A stretch of 64,000 nt of DNA, taken from an uncultured delta proteobacterium. GTDB taxonomy: Bacteria > Desulfobacterota > Desulfobacteria > Desulfobacterales > JAHEIW01. Position 1 is the stretch's first letter; every line of letters begins with the position of its first letter. Below the pieces are notes generated by a model. That model did no database searches and was not told the origin of the DNA. It saw only the letters and a program-made list of their open reading frames with translations. Both the position numbers and the translations under genes were made by a program. Positions 39,852-49,765 of the stretch are shown here, one piece after another. The stretch lies in contig CAVPNL010000012.1 of the NCBI GenBank assembly GCA_963706575.1, positions 96,001 through 160,000 of the forward strand. The letters run 5' to 3'.

Positions 39852-40781
39852 ATGGCACTCATGATCATTGCACCGGACATTAAAGCAACCTCCTGGGTGA
39901 AACATCTCAGCAGGCTGGACCCCAGCATCGATATACGCGTCTGGCCCGATAGCGGCGATGGGGATGAGATTGAATTTGCACTATCCTGGAATCATCCGGC
40001 CGGCGAGTTAAATAAATATAAGAATTTAAAGTGTATCGCTTCTCTGGGGGCCGGGGTTGAACATATCCTGACAGACCCGGATCTGCCGGCAGGGGTGCCG
40101 ATCACCCGGGTGGTGGAACATTGCATGGCTCAATCGATGAGCGAATACGTGGTTTTAAGCGTCCTCAACTACTGCCGTCAATTTGATACTTACCGCAACG
40201 ATCAGACGCAAAAACAGTGGCACCCTCGAAAACCGCTTTTGGCGGAAGATCTGGGTATCGGCATTATGGGATTGGGTCAGCTCGGTGCCGATGCAGCCAA
40301 AAAATTAAGCTACCTGGGCTTTACGGTAGCCGGTTGGAGTCGGCGGCCGAAAGACATCGTCGCGGTGGATTGTTTTGCCGGGGAAGCGGAGCTATCGGAA
40401 TTTTTATCCCGTAGCCACATTTTAATCTGTCTGCTGCCGCTAACAGCGGCAACCAAAGGCATCTTAAATCGTAGAATATTTACGCAGCTGCCGTCCGGCG
40501 CCTATGTTATCAACGTCGCACGCGGGCAGCATCTGAACGAAAAGGACCTCATCGCGGCATTGGATTCCGGCCAGCTGACCGGTGCCTGTCTGGATGTATT
40601 CGAAGTCGAACCTTTGCCGCCAGACCACCCCTTCTGGAACCACCCCCAAATAAAGGTGACACCGCACATTTCCAGCCTCACCTTTCCCAAAGCCGTAGCG
40701 CCGCAAATCATTGAAAATTATCAGCGCACCAAAACCGGCAAGCCCCTGCTGCATGTCGTTGACGTAGAGCGCGGTTATTAG
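39852..40781 (+). CDS. ghrA: Glyoxylate/hydroxypyruvate reductase A-like 2-hydroxyacid dehydrogenase
   Basis: SLGAGVEH, GIMGLGQLG, INVARG, LDVFEVEPLP, TPHISS. The ORF-track N-terminal extension is repeat-derived. Confidence 0.88.
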   Translation: MALMIIAPDIKATSWVKHLSRLDPSIDIRVWPDSGDGDEIEFALSWNHPAGELNKYKNLKCIASLGAGVEHILTDPDLPAGVPITRVVEHCMAQSMSEYVVLSVLNYCRQFDTYRNDQTQKQWHPRKPLLAEDLGIGIMGLGQLGADAAKKLSYLGFTVAGWSRRPKDIVAVDCFAGEAELSEFLSRSHILICLLPLTAATKGILNRRIFTQLPSGAYVINVARGQHLNEKDLIAALDSGQLTGACLDVFEVEPLPPDHPFWNHPQIKVTPHISSLTFPKAVAPQIIENYQRTKTGKPLLHVVDVERGY

Positions 40782-40902
40782 AACCCTTCTCAAAAATGTC
40801 TTTTGGCCCAATATCTTTGTTGGTGCCTGTCTCGGCGTAGCCACGCTTTTCGCGTGGCGAAGACGGGATCTTGAACCAAAATCCTATTTTTGAGAAGGGT
40901 TC
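40781..40902. mobile_element. MITE-like element, 122 bp
   Basis: Perfect 17-bp TIR gaacccttctcaaaaat/atttttgagaagggttc; no coding capacity; internal hairpin. Confidence 0.7.
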
Positions 40903-40942
40903 GAAATCGGTGTCGATCGACGGCGGCAAGGGATGGGTTCTT

Positions 40943-41374
40943 TTAAAGACCGATGATCTCAAGTCGGGATATCAGTTGCTCAAAATCAGCCTGGGAAATC
41001 TGCTCCCAGGCGGTGGAAGGCCTGAATTGAAGTGATGATTTGGCGTCCGGGGCAAAAAACTTGCCGGACTGAAGTTCGGGCTTGCTGAGCCGATATTGAA
41101 ACTCATCTCCCAGATCCAGGATGAGGTCCAGATCGTCGGTGTCCTCCAGCAGTTCGACCAGAAGGATGTTTTGAACCCGGCCACTGCCTTTCAGGTGTCG
41201 CTGGCCCTGCGGCCCTGCATAGACCTCAATAACGGCATCTTCAACCGCAACCGCACGGTTGTCCGGTGCAATGATAAGCGCCTGTTCCACTGCGTATTCA
41301 CCTTCGACAAACGGAATCCAATTGACCATTTCCATGTTCCCTCTGAGTACAACGGCATTGAGATTTGCGCTCAC
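40943..41374 (-). CDS. Hypothetical protein
   Basis: Acidic 143-aa ORF with no recognised motif. Confidence 0.65.
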   Translation of the reverse strand: MSANLNAVVLRGNMEMVNWIPFVEGEYAVEQALIIAPDNRAVAVEDAVIEVYAGPQGQRHLKGSGRVQNILLVELLEDTDDLDLILDLGDEFQYRLSKPELQSGKFFAPDAKSSLQFRPSTAWEQISQADFEQLISRLEIIGL

Positions 41375-41522
41375 TTAGACTTTACCATAAATTCGATCAC
41401 TTTGGTCAAGAGTTACTTGCTATCGGAGGACCAGATCTGATATGAATCTCTTTCCCAAAATGAGCGTTTCAAATTCCCGCAAACGCAGGAAGACTTCGCT
41501 GGCGCATGCAGAATGGAAGGGC

Positions 41523-42794
41523 ATGATCTTCTCACGAAAGAAAATTGCAGCTTCAGGTGTTTTCTATGGCTGGTACGTGCTCGCCGCCAGTTTTTTCCTC
41601 CTTTTTTTCCAATCCGGCGCCCGTTTTTCTTTCGGGATCATGTTTAAGCCCATGGCTGCCGAAATGGGCTGGAGTCGAGCGTCAATTTCATCGGCTTTTT
41701 TTCTCAATGCGGTATTTTTCGCCCTGGCCATGAGCCTCGCCGGGAAGCTTTACGACCGCTACGGACCCCGCTGGGTAATATTGGTTTCAACCGTGCTGCT
41801 GGGAGCGGGTTACATCTGCACTTCCCAGGTTTATTCCCTGTGGCAATTCCACCTTTTTTACGGCGTATTAACCGCAGTGGGCATCGGTGGCGCATCGGTT
41901 CCGTTAATTGCGGCCCTGATGAGCAAATGGTTTGCCAGCCGCAGAGGTCTGGCCATCAGCCTGGCTCTATCGGGGAATTGTTTGGGCCAATTCGTACTGG
42001 TTCCCATTATCAATTGGTTTGTATTAGCCTACGGCTGGCGATTCTCATACGTACTTCTAGGCTTTATCATTCTGGCCGGGAATATCCTGCTGGTCTTAAC
42101 GGTGATAAAAGGCGACCCTGAAGATATGGGCATCAAACCGTATGGATATGATTCGGTCGATGCGGCTACCACACCCGAAAAACCAAACAACACAGTCCCC
42201 CAGCCAAACGATTTGAGCCTGATGCAGGCCAGTAAAGCCCCATCATTCTGGTTCTTTTTGCTCTTTATGTTTATTTGCGGCAGCGGTGATTTTCTGGTGG
42301 CCGCTCACCTGGTCCCGGTTGTGACCGATTACGGTGTCTCCCCCACCGCGGCGGCCAACATGATGGCCTGGTTTGGCCTCTTGAGCATGGGGGGGATCCT
42401 GATTGCCGGGCCCGCTTCAGACCTAATCGGTAACAAAATCCCCATCGCCCTCACTTTTGTTCTGCGCCTGATACTGTTTTTGATGATTTTGAAATATCCC
42501 AGCCCCATCACCTTTTTTATTTTCGCAGTCGGCTTTGGGTTTACCTTGTTGATTACGGCACCGCTTACGACAACTCTGGTTGGACGGCTTTACGGATTTA
42601 CCCATATGGGTATGATTTCAGGCTTTATTACCACCATCCACCATCTCGGCGGCGGCTTCTGGGCCTTTATGGGTGGTGCCCTCTTCGACAAAACCGGCAG
42701 TTATCAAATTACATTCGCCCTTTCGGCCGCGCTGGCGGTCATCGCCATTATCAGCACTCTGGCCATAAAAGAAAAAAGGCACATTATAAACTAA
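41523..42794 (+). CDS. MFS transporter (MCT/OFA-like)
   Basis: 12 TM; FYGWYV, GKLYDRYGPR, KWFASRRGLA. Confidence 0.92.
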   Translation: MIFSRKKIAASGVFYGWYVLAASFFLLFFQSGARFSFGIMFKPMAAEMGWSRASISSAFFLNAVFFALAMSLAGKLYDRYGPRWVILVSTVLLGAGYICTSQVYSLWQFHLFYGVLTAVGIGGASVPLIAALMSKWFASRRGLAISLALSGNCLGQFVLVPIINWFVLAYGWRFSYVLLGFIILAGNILLVLTVIKGDPEDMGIKPYGYDSVDAATTPEKPNNTVPQPNDLSLMQASKAPSFWFFLLFMFICGSGDFLVAAHLVPVVTDYGVSPTAAANMMAWFGLLSMGGILIAGPASDLIGNKIPIALTFVLRLILFLMILKYPSPITFFIFAVGFGFTLLITAPLTTTLVGRLYGFTHMGMISGFITTIHHLGGGFWAFMGGALFDKTGSYQITFALSAALAVIAIISTLAIKEKRHIIN

Positions 42795-42905
42795 GCGTCC
42801 GGGTTTGATGATTTTGTTTACTTGAGGTTGGTTGCCGTGAAAAAGCCCCCGCTCCTTCAGAAACGCAGACAGGCTAAACACCCGCCGGGACGAAACGAAG
42901 GCGTT

Positions 42906-43478
42906 TTGCAAGTCTTCAAGTTTCTTGTCAGGATCTTGCTGCTACCCTTTTATCGTCTCGAGACAGACGGATTGCAGAATCTGCCCCGGGACAGTGCCTT
43001 TATCCTTTTATCCAAACACCAGCGCTGGGAAGACATCCCGCTGCTGGGCCTTGCCACGCCACGTCCACTTTATTATATCGCCAAATATGAACTATTCAAA
43101 AATGCCCTGAGCAACCGGTTTTTCAGCGCAATGGGCGGCATCCCCTTGAACCGGCAACGCCCCCTTGAAAGCCGACACTTTTTACAGGTCACCATTCAAG
43201 TGCTTGAAAAGGGTGAAGGGATCGTCATCTTCCCGGAAGGGACCTATTACCGCAACAAAATGGGACACGGCCAGAGCGGCATGATCAGATTTGTGCTTTC
43301 CCGTCTGAAGCTTCCCTTCATCCCCGTCGGCATCAATTATGCCGCCAACGGCTGGCGAACCCGTGTTCGCATAAACTTTGGCAAAGCGTTTCATGCCGAT
43401 CCGGCTTTAGCCGCAGACACCTTTGTAAGCCGTATGATGAAAGAAATTGCAGCGCTTTCGGGGTTGTCCATCGATTAG
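42906..43478 (+). CDS. Lysophospholipid acyltransferase (PlsC family)
   Basis: KHQRWED (HxxxxD), IAKYELF, IFPEGT; start uncertain. Confidence 0.85.
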   Translation: MQVFKFLVRILLLPFYRLETDGLQNLPRDSAFILLSKHQRWEDIPLLGLATPRPLYYIAKYELFKNALSNRFFSAMGGIPLNRQRPLESRHFLQVTIQVLEKGEGIVIFPEGTYYRNKMGHGQSGMIRFVLSRLKLPFIPVGINYAANGWRTRVRINFGKAFHADPALAADTFVSRMMKEIAALSGLSID

Positions 43479-43810
43479 GACTTGAATCGGGCAGGGACAT
43501 CATATTTTCAATTGGACCTATCCATTTTTCGCCCCACAAGAATTCAACAGTGCCCCACATGACTGAATTAAAATTATTATTTAAGTGGTTGTTTTATTCA
43601 TTTATGCGTGATTCGAATCACTAGAATTGAATTTAGTAAATAAATTTAAAAAACTGTTGATTCGCTTAAAATAGTACTATAAGGAAAGGTTCTAGCGGAC
43701 AAAGGCCGGTGCTACCGGTCGAGAGCAGTAACTCCCCCCAAGTATTTTTCTAGCCAAGAGAAGAAGAAAGTCAAAATTTAACGGTTAAACGTTAGCCAGA
43801 TGGTGAAAAC

Positions 43811-44038
43811 ATGGATGCGATATTGAACCCGTTGCGCGACGCGGTCCCAGCAACCAAGTACTTTCACGACAACTGGGGTACGCGATCGGGCAGTGACCGG
43901 CGACAAAAAAATGGATTATACCTGGGCCCTGAAAGAAGGGTACGCACCGAACGCCGCAGTGGATTTGATCGCCGCCGGCTCTCTTTTGTCAAAAGAAGAG
44001 CGGTGATGGACTTAAGGGAAGCTTACAGAGACTTATAA
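43811..44038 (+). CDS. Small Arg-rich protein with YLGPERR and DRR/ERR repeats
   Basis: RSGSDRR...YLGPERRVRTERRSGFDRRR; has its own terminator. Confidence 0.7.
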   Translation: MDAILNPLRDAVPATKYFHDNWGTRSGSDRRQKNGLYLGPERRVRTERRSGFDRRRLSFVKRRAVMDLREAYRDL

Positions 44039-44070
44039 TCAGAACGATTTAATAATTTAAGATATAACAG

Positions 44071-44099
44071 ACAGGGTATATCATACCCTGTTTTTTTTT
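44071..44099 (+). terminator. Intrinsic terminator
   Basis: acagggtat-atc-ataccctgt followed by a T tract. Confidence 0.85.
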
Positions 44100-44250
44100 G
44101 ACTTATCTTTACTCTATTTTACTCTATTTTACATGTCTTTACGCTAGTCATATAAATCTTTAAAGGCCGACAGCACGAAATGGATTGCAGTGGTTTTGTT
44201 TCAGGAAATATTTTGACCGCTGCGCCGATAACCCCAGATGAAATTGATGC

Positions 44251-44279
44251 TTGAATCTAATCCGATTCAACCCTATAAT
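44251..44279 (+). promoter_or_regulatory. Sigma70 promoter overlapped by a palindromic operator-like site
   Basis: TTGAAT-17-TATAAT; TTGAATC-N6-GATTCAA at 44251-44270. Confidence 0.6.
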
Positions 44280-44290
44280 ACAGGTCGCAT

Positions 44291-44439
44291 TAGAAGTGGT
44301 TTCAAAACCTCAGATCAGGTTCCCCGCTTTAACGCGGGATTGCACGTCTTTATTTTAAGAAATTAATGTGTGCATCAAAGCCCCGCTTAGCGGGGCGACG
44401 CAGCCATTGGGCCTTGGATGGGGTTTTGAACCACTGATA
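44291..44439 (+). mobile_element. MITE-like element, ~149 bp, full copy
   Basis: Imperfect TIR TAGAAGTGGTTTCAAAACC/GGTTTTGAACCACTGATA; two internal GC hairpins; second copy at 12285. Confidence 0.75.
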
Positions 44440-44483
44440 GGCACCTTTCAACGATAACCGTCAATCTAAAGTTTGCTGAAGCC

Positions 44484-45746
44484 ATGGCTGAAATTAGACC
44501 ATTCAAATCGTGGCGTTATCGCCCATCATTATTAAAAAACATCGGGGAGCTCACCTCGCCGTTGTTTGATGTGGCCTCTGAAAGGCAACGTGAGGCGCTT
44601 TACGGCAATCCGCTCAACAGTATTCACCTCTCGATTCCCCGGGGGGATCAGCCGGCTGAAAACGCGGCAGCGATTTTGAATGAATGGAAGCAGAAAAATT
44701 ATATCATTCAGGATCAGGTACCCGGCATTTATGTATATTACCAATATTTTTCTTTACCGTCTGATCCCAAACCCTATTGTCGTAAGGGGTTTATCTGCAA
44801 GATCAGGGTCCACGAATGGCAGGACAACATCATTTTAAGGCATGAAAACACAATGAATGAAGCGGTCGATGGGCAGATCGAGCTGCTAGCCGCAACCCGG
44901 CTGAACGCCAGTCCGACACACGGGCTATACACGGATGAATCGTTTGAACTGGAACCGTATATGGATGCCTGCATCCAGGACCCGATTTGTGAAGCTGAGG
45001 ATTATCAGGGGGTAAAAGATGTGATGGGTATCATCCAGGATGAATCCATTATTGCCAAATTTGTTGAGCGACTAAAAGACGAACCGGTTATTCTGGCTGA
45101 TGGCCACCACCGCTATGCGGGTTCTCTGGCCTATATGAAGCAGCAGATGGCCAGCAATCCGGCACATAAAGGCGATGAAGGTTATAATTTTCACTTGATG
45201 TGGCTCACCAACACCGAAGCAAACGACCTTCGAATACTGCCAACCCACCGCCTGATTAAAGATCTGGAAAATTTTGATGAAACCGACATCGTGAAAAACT
45301 TTGAACCCAATTTTAGAATTAAAGCGGTGGCGGATCCAGGTGAAATCCACGAGTTCATTCTGGGCAAACCCTGGACATTTGGACTTATTTTCAAGGAAAA
45401 TGCGTATGCGGTCCGGTTAAAGCCAGAAGTCTTTCCGGCGCTAAACTGGAATTTCCCGGAGCAGGTAAAGAAGCTGGATCTGACGGTGGCGCATTATTTT
45501 ATCATTGAGGATATTCTGGGCATTCCGGGGAAAAAACAAAATACCTCAGCGAATATTGAATATGAAAGAAATTTCACAAAATGTATGACCGCCGTTATGC
45601 AGGATAAAGCGCAGATGGCGATCATTATCAACGATGTTTGTATTGAGGATGTGAAAAAGGTCTGCGGCTGCGGCTTTACGATGCCTCCCAAATCCACCTT
45701 TTTTTACCCCAAGGCTGTCTGTGGCTTTCTTTTTTCTTCCTTATAA
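44484..45746 (+). CDS. DUF1015 family protein
   Basis: MAEIRPF, RHENT, LADGHHRY, ILPTHR, MPPKSTFFYPK. Confidence 0.92.
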   Translation: MAEIRPFKSWRYRPSLLKNIGELTSPLFDVASERQREALYGNPLNSIHLSIPRGDQPAENAAAILNEWKQKNYIIQDQVPGIYVYYQYFSLPSDPKPYCRKGFICKIRVHEWQDNIILRHENTMNEAVDGQIELLAATRLNASPTHGLYTDESFELEPYMDACIQDPICEAEDYQGVKDVMGIIQDESIIAKFVERLKDEPVILADGHHRYAGSLAYMKQQMASNPAHKGDEGYNFHLMWLTNTEANDLRILPTHRLIKDLENFDETDIVKNFEPNFRIKAVADPGEIHEFILGKPWTFGLIFKENAYAVRLKPEVFPALNWNFPEQVKKLDLTVAHYFIIEDILGIPGKKQNTSANIEYERNFTKCMTAVMQDKAQMAIIINDVCIEDVKKVCGCGFTMPPKSTFFYPKAVCGFLFSSL

Positions 45747-45754
45747 AATGGATT

Positions 45755-45831
45755 CACCGCAGAGACGCAGAGCCCGCAGAGAAAAAATTTCTTTATAAAA
45801 AAAACTCTGCGGGCTCTGCGTCTCTGCGGTG
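45755..45831. repeat. Perfect 27-bp-arm palindrome (GCAGAG type) between convergent genes
   Basis: caccgcagagacgcagagcccgcagag / ctctgcgggctctgcgtctctgcggtg around a 23-nt AT-rich loop. Confidence 0.9.
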
Positions 45832-45866
45832 CGCTAAATCAAGAAAATGGCGCCTGGAGGTGATTT

Positions 45867-47069
45867 TTAGCCGGCGCTCAAAACCGTTTCAATCCGCTCC
45901 AGGGCCCAGTCGATTTCATCTTTGGTGATCACCAGCGGCGGGGCAAAACGAATCGTGTCTTCATGGGTCTCTTTACAAAGCAGCCCCATGGACATCAATG
46001 TTTCGCAATATGTGCGGGCACCGCCGGCATCCGGCATCAGCTCAACCGCCAGCATGAGTCCCCTGCCCCGCACCTCTTTAATGTGAGGTGAGCGGATTTT
46101 CGACAGGTTCGTCAAAAAATAATTCCCCATCTTTGCGGCGTTTTCAATCATATGCTCTTCGACCAAAACCTTAAGTGCCGTCCGCGCAATGGCACAGGCC
46201 AGCGGGTTGCCGCCAAAGGTGCTGCCGTGTTCCCCGGGGCGTAAAACATCCATGACTTCCTTGTTGGAAAGTACCGCTGAAATAGGATAAAAACCGCCGG
46301 AAAGCGCTTTGCCGATTAGGGTCAGGTCGGCTTCGATCCCCTCATGTTCCTCGGCCAGCAGCTTGCCGGTACGACCCAGGCCGGTCTGGATTTCATCCAG
46401 CACTAAGACGACATTGTTTTGCGAACAGATGGATCTGGCTTTGCGCAGATAACCGTCAGGCGGTATGATTACGCCGGCTTCGCCCTGAATGGGTTCTGCC
46501 AGAAAAGCGACCGTGTTCGGTGTGATGGCAGCTTCAAGCGCGTCACTATCGCCGAAAGGAATAATCTTAAATCCGGGGGTGAAGGGACCGAAATTTTCCC
46601 GTGACGGTTTATCGGTGCTGAAACCAACAATGGTGATCGTGCGTCCGTGAAAATTATTTTCGCAAACAATAATTTCAGCTTGATCCCGCGGAACCCCTTT
46701 GACTTGATAGCCCCATTTGCGAACAGCCTTGATAACCGTTTCCACCGCCTCGGCACCACTGTTCATGGGCAATACTTTGTGGGAGTTCGTCAGATCACAG
46801 ATTTCTTTATAAAGCAGTCCCAGCTGATTGTTGCGAAACGCCCGGGATGTCAGGGTCAGTATCTGTGACTGTTCGATCATGGTGCCCATGATTTTCGGGT
46901 GGCAGTGGCCTTGATTGACCGCCGAATACGCCGAAAGGCAGTCCATATATTTGTTGCCTTCCACATCCCATACCCAGATACCTTCACCACGGTTTAGGAC
47001 GACATCCAGCGGCTTGTAATTGTGGGCACCCAGTTCATCTTCAAGGTTTATGTAGTCTTGAGGTTTCAT
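45867..47069 (-). CDS. rocD: Ornithine--oxo-acid aminotransferase
   Basis: [58 protein letters not shown]. Confidence 0.95.
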   Translation of the reverse strand: MKPQDYINLEDELGAHNYKPLDVVLNRGEGIWVWDVEGNKYMDCLSAYSAVNQGHCHPKIMGTMIEQSQILTLTSRAFRNNQLGLLYKEICDLTNSHKVLPMNSGAEAVETVIKAVRKWGYQVKGVPRDQAEIIVCENNFHGRTITIVGFSTDKPSRENFGPFTPGFKIIPFGDSDALEAAITPNTVAFLAEPIQGEAGVIIPPDGYLRKARSICSQNNVVLVLDEIQTGLGRTGKLLAEEHEGIEADLTLIGKALSGGFYPISAVLSNKEVMDVLRPGEHGSTFGGNPLACAIARTALKVLVEEHMIENAAKMGNYFLTNLSKIRSPHIKEVRGRGLMLAVELMPDAGGARTYCETLMSMGLLCKETHEDTIRFAPPLVITKDEIDWALERIETVLSAG

Positions 47070-47523
47070 GGGTTGTCCTTCGTATTCAGCCTTCATAATG
47101 AATACCTGCGCGACAGCTAAAGTTTTTGTGGTATTATTTCATATTAGCGTTGCCGGGTCAATAATATCAAAATGCTGTGGATTGGAGCTGGTCGATGGGT
47201 GCTTTGGTGGATATCGGGCGGGTAATGATCGTTTCAAATAAACACCGGATTGGAACGAGCAAGATTTCCCCGCCCATCTCCAATCTCCAGGCGGGCGAGC
47301 AGCCCTGCCAATCCGGAGTAAAGTTCAAGTTCTTAGAAAATTTTTGTTAATATAAAAAAAGATTTCGCTACCGATTTGTATCGACTGCTCAACTTCTTTT
47401 GCAAATTTAACCTATTTATGATTTATCATTTTTCATATGCTAAAGATCAGAAAAACGGACATTGTTTGAAACACGTTGGAATTCATCATAGCAACTAAAA
47501 AGGCTCAAATGAAGGAGGCAAAT

Positions 47524-48070
47524 ATGAGAACCATTGTTATCTTTATAACAGTGATCGTACTGATTGTGGCTGCTGGGCTCGCAGACAGTGAAGCGGATGA
47601 TAAACGCACCCTACTATACGGCATATAACATGTGGAAGTCTTCAAAGATGAAGTGCATCAATTTTAAGGAGGGTGACGACATTTTACCTGCAGGCACGGA
47701 AGTCCGCAGTGTTCGAATCTTTCAACACATCATTGCCTTTACAACTGTGAATGATGGCAAAACCTATTCTGTTGGTTTTACCCAGAGATGGCACCCTAAA
47801 AAAACAGCTGATGACTACAGGAAAATGATGTTTACGACGAAAAATTTTGGAGAATTAACAGAAGGGCTGAGTGAAATTGAAATAGACGCTATGAAGAAAG
47901 GCATCCTGGTGAATGGAATGAGCAAAAGAGCGGTGTTTATTTGTTATGGTCCTCCGCCGGAACACCATACTCCGAACCTGGATGTCAAAACCTGGTACTA
48001 TTGGAAAAATAGGCGGGACAAGTTTGCGGTAAGTTTTGACCAAGATCAAAAGCTAGTGTTAAATAATTAG
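47524..48070 (+). CDS. Secreted protein, paralog of 52624-53209; apparent +1 frameshift near 47610
   Basis: RBS AAGGAGG and signal peptide MRTIVIFITVIVLIVAAGLA are in a different frame from YYTAYNMW...GMSKRAV...GPPPEHHTP...WYYWKNR. Confidence 0.65.
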
Positions 48071-48173
48071 GGCGGCAAAGTGGATCCCAAGACGAAAATA
48101 ACAGGAGAGGATACAGTCCTGAACAAAATTTCAATTAATATTTGTTTTAATTATTAATTAAGGGGCTTTAAAA

Positions 48174-48772
48174 ATGAAGCGCCTGAATATTTTTGTCGTT
48201 TTAATTGTATGCTCATTACTATTTTTATTTTTTGACAGTTGCATCCAGGATATTTGCGTTGAGATACCACCACATATGCCGGCCGATAATAATAGTCAGC
48301 TTCCCGCAATCCCTTCCCAAAAAATCTGTCTGAAAGCGATCAAAGATGTCCGGATTCTGGATCGTGCTGAAGGTACAAGAGAAGCCGCATTTGGTGTGCC
48401 GATGGGTACTGTTGATTTTTATCCGTTCGGTAGAGTCAATGTTCAAAGATGTAATTAAAGCAGAATTCCAAAGCGCCGGCCATACTTTGGCCAAAGACGA
48501 ACAGCCCATTACCCTTGCGGGGGAGATACTGACATTTGAAGTTAGTACAGATACAACCCCTTTGTATTGGGATATTATTGGAAGAAGCCTGGTTGAACTG
48601 CAAATTAAAAGAGTTGACGGCAAAGCATCGAAACACAACTACGCATCAATCTGTAAAAAAGGACCTACATTTACCCGAGCAGCACGCTCATTCAAAAAGC
48701 CATGAAAAACTGTATAAACGATTTCGCAAATAAGCTAAGCGAATGACGATAAATTAGCCCAAGCGCTGATGT
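48174..48772 (+). pseudogene. YajG-like lipoprotein broken by 2-3 frameshifts (or sequencing errors)
   Basis: Consecutive frames give MKRLNIF...C...GTREAAFGVPMG / SVESMFKDVIKAEF...YWDI / RTYIYPSSTLIQKAM. Confidence 0.55.
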
Positions 48773-48874
48773 AGAAAAACCATGACCATCTAAAGCACCA
48801 AACAAAAGCCGAGGGCTACTAATTCTTCAATTATGATCCGCCCAAAAATTTAATTGCGGAGAAAGGAAATAGCT

Positions 48875-49317
48875 ATGAAACATCGTCCGGCTTTATTATT
48901 CATTGCTTTGGCCGTGATCGGCCTGTCTAGCAGGCCTTTGCCCGCGATGATAGGTTAATGTTCCCCATAAATGATGCATTGGCGACACCCGCGGCTCAAG
49001 AAAAACTGCAGGGCATTGATTTTTATTTCGGCAATCAGAAGCATCCCAAAATACTAAAGGACTTTGGGGAGTTTAGCACGAATAAAAAAACGAATGCCAT
49101 TAATAAATCAGACCTCCAGGCCTGTGAATGGGTTTTTCTGTGCGCTCTGTTGAGTTTACAGGAACGGGCGAGAAGGCACGGGGCGAACGCCGTGATCAAC
49201 ATTAAGAGCAATTATCGGAACAACGAAGTGTTGAGCGATACAGAGTTTCAATGCGGCGCGGGCACCCTATTTGCCGGGGTGGCGCTCAAGGGTCGCATTG
49301 TAAAACTCGCCAAGTAA
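48875..49317 (+). CDS. Secreted 'excinuclease ATPase subunit'-annotated (YbjQ/RcsF-like) protein; frameshift near 48930
   Basis: Signal peptide MKHRPALLFIALAVIG is out of frame with AFARDDRLMFP...TNKKTN...ACEWVF...GANAVINI.S.Y...C..G...GVALKG. Confidence 0.7.
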
Positions 49318-49349
49318 CGCTATCGTATGGTTTTCTTCCTTATCAAAGT

Positions 49350-49739
49350 ATGACTGGAATAAAATTGAATAGAAAAAGCCTATTTGTCGGATTTATCATT
49401 CAATTTATCATCATTTTCATACTCTTCTCATCGTGCGCAACGACCCCTAAGATTGGGCAACCGATAAATAGACAATTAAAAGATGGCGTTTATGAAGGCA
49501 GCTATACGGGAGGCCCCAATAAAGCATTTGTAAAGGTAACCATAGAAGATAATAAGATAATAGAAATTCAAATCATAGAACACTGGACATTGAAAGGGCA
49601 AAAAGCAGACCTGATTATACCGGGCAGAATCCTAGAAAACCAAAGGACGGATGTGGATGTCGTTAGCGGCGCCACAAATAGCAGCATTGTAATTATGAAT
49701 GCTGTTCAAAGAGCAGTTGAAAAAGCCTATGAAAACTAA
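49350..49739 (+). CDS. FMN-binding domain lipoprotein
   Basis: Lipobox FSSC; LKDGVYEG, VDVVSGATNSS (flavinylation-type motif). Confidence 0.85.
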   Translation: MTGIKLNRKSLFVGFIIQFIIIFILFSSCATTPKIGQPINRQLKDGVYEGSYTGGPNKAFVKVTIEDNKIIEIQIIEHWTLKGQKADLIIPGRILENQRTDVDVVSGATNSSIVIMNAVQRAVEKAYEN

Positions 49740-49765
49740 CGCAATAACATTTCAAAGGAGGTGGT

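Noticed and set aside
2218..45831. CRISPR interpretation of the recurring ~27-bp repeats
   Set aside because: The repeats are dispersed inverted pairs, not direct repeats with regular spacers, and no cas genes are present.
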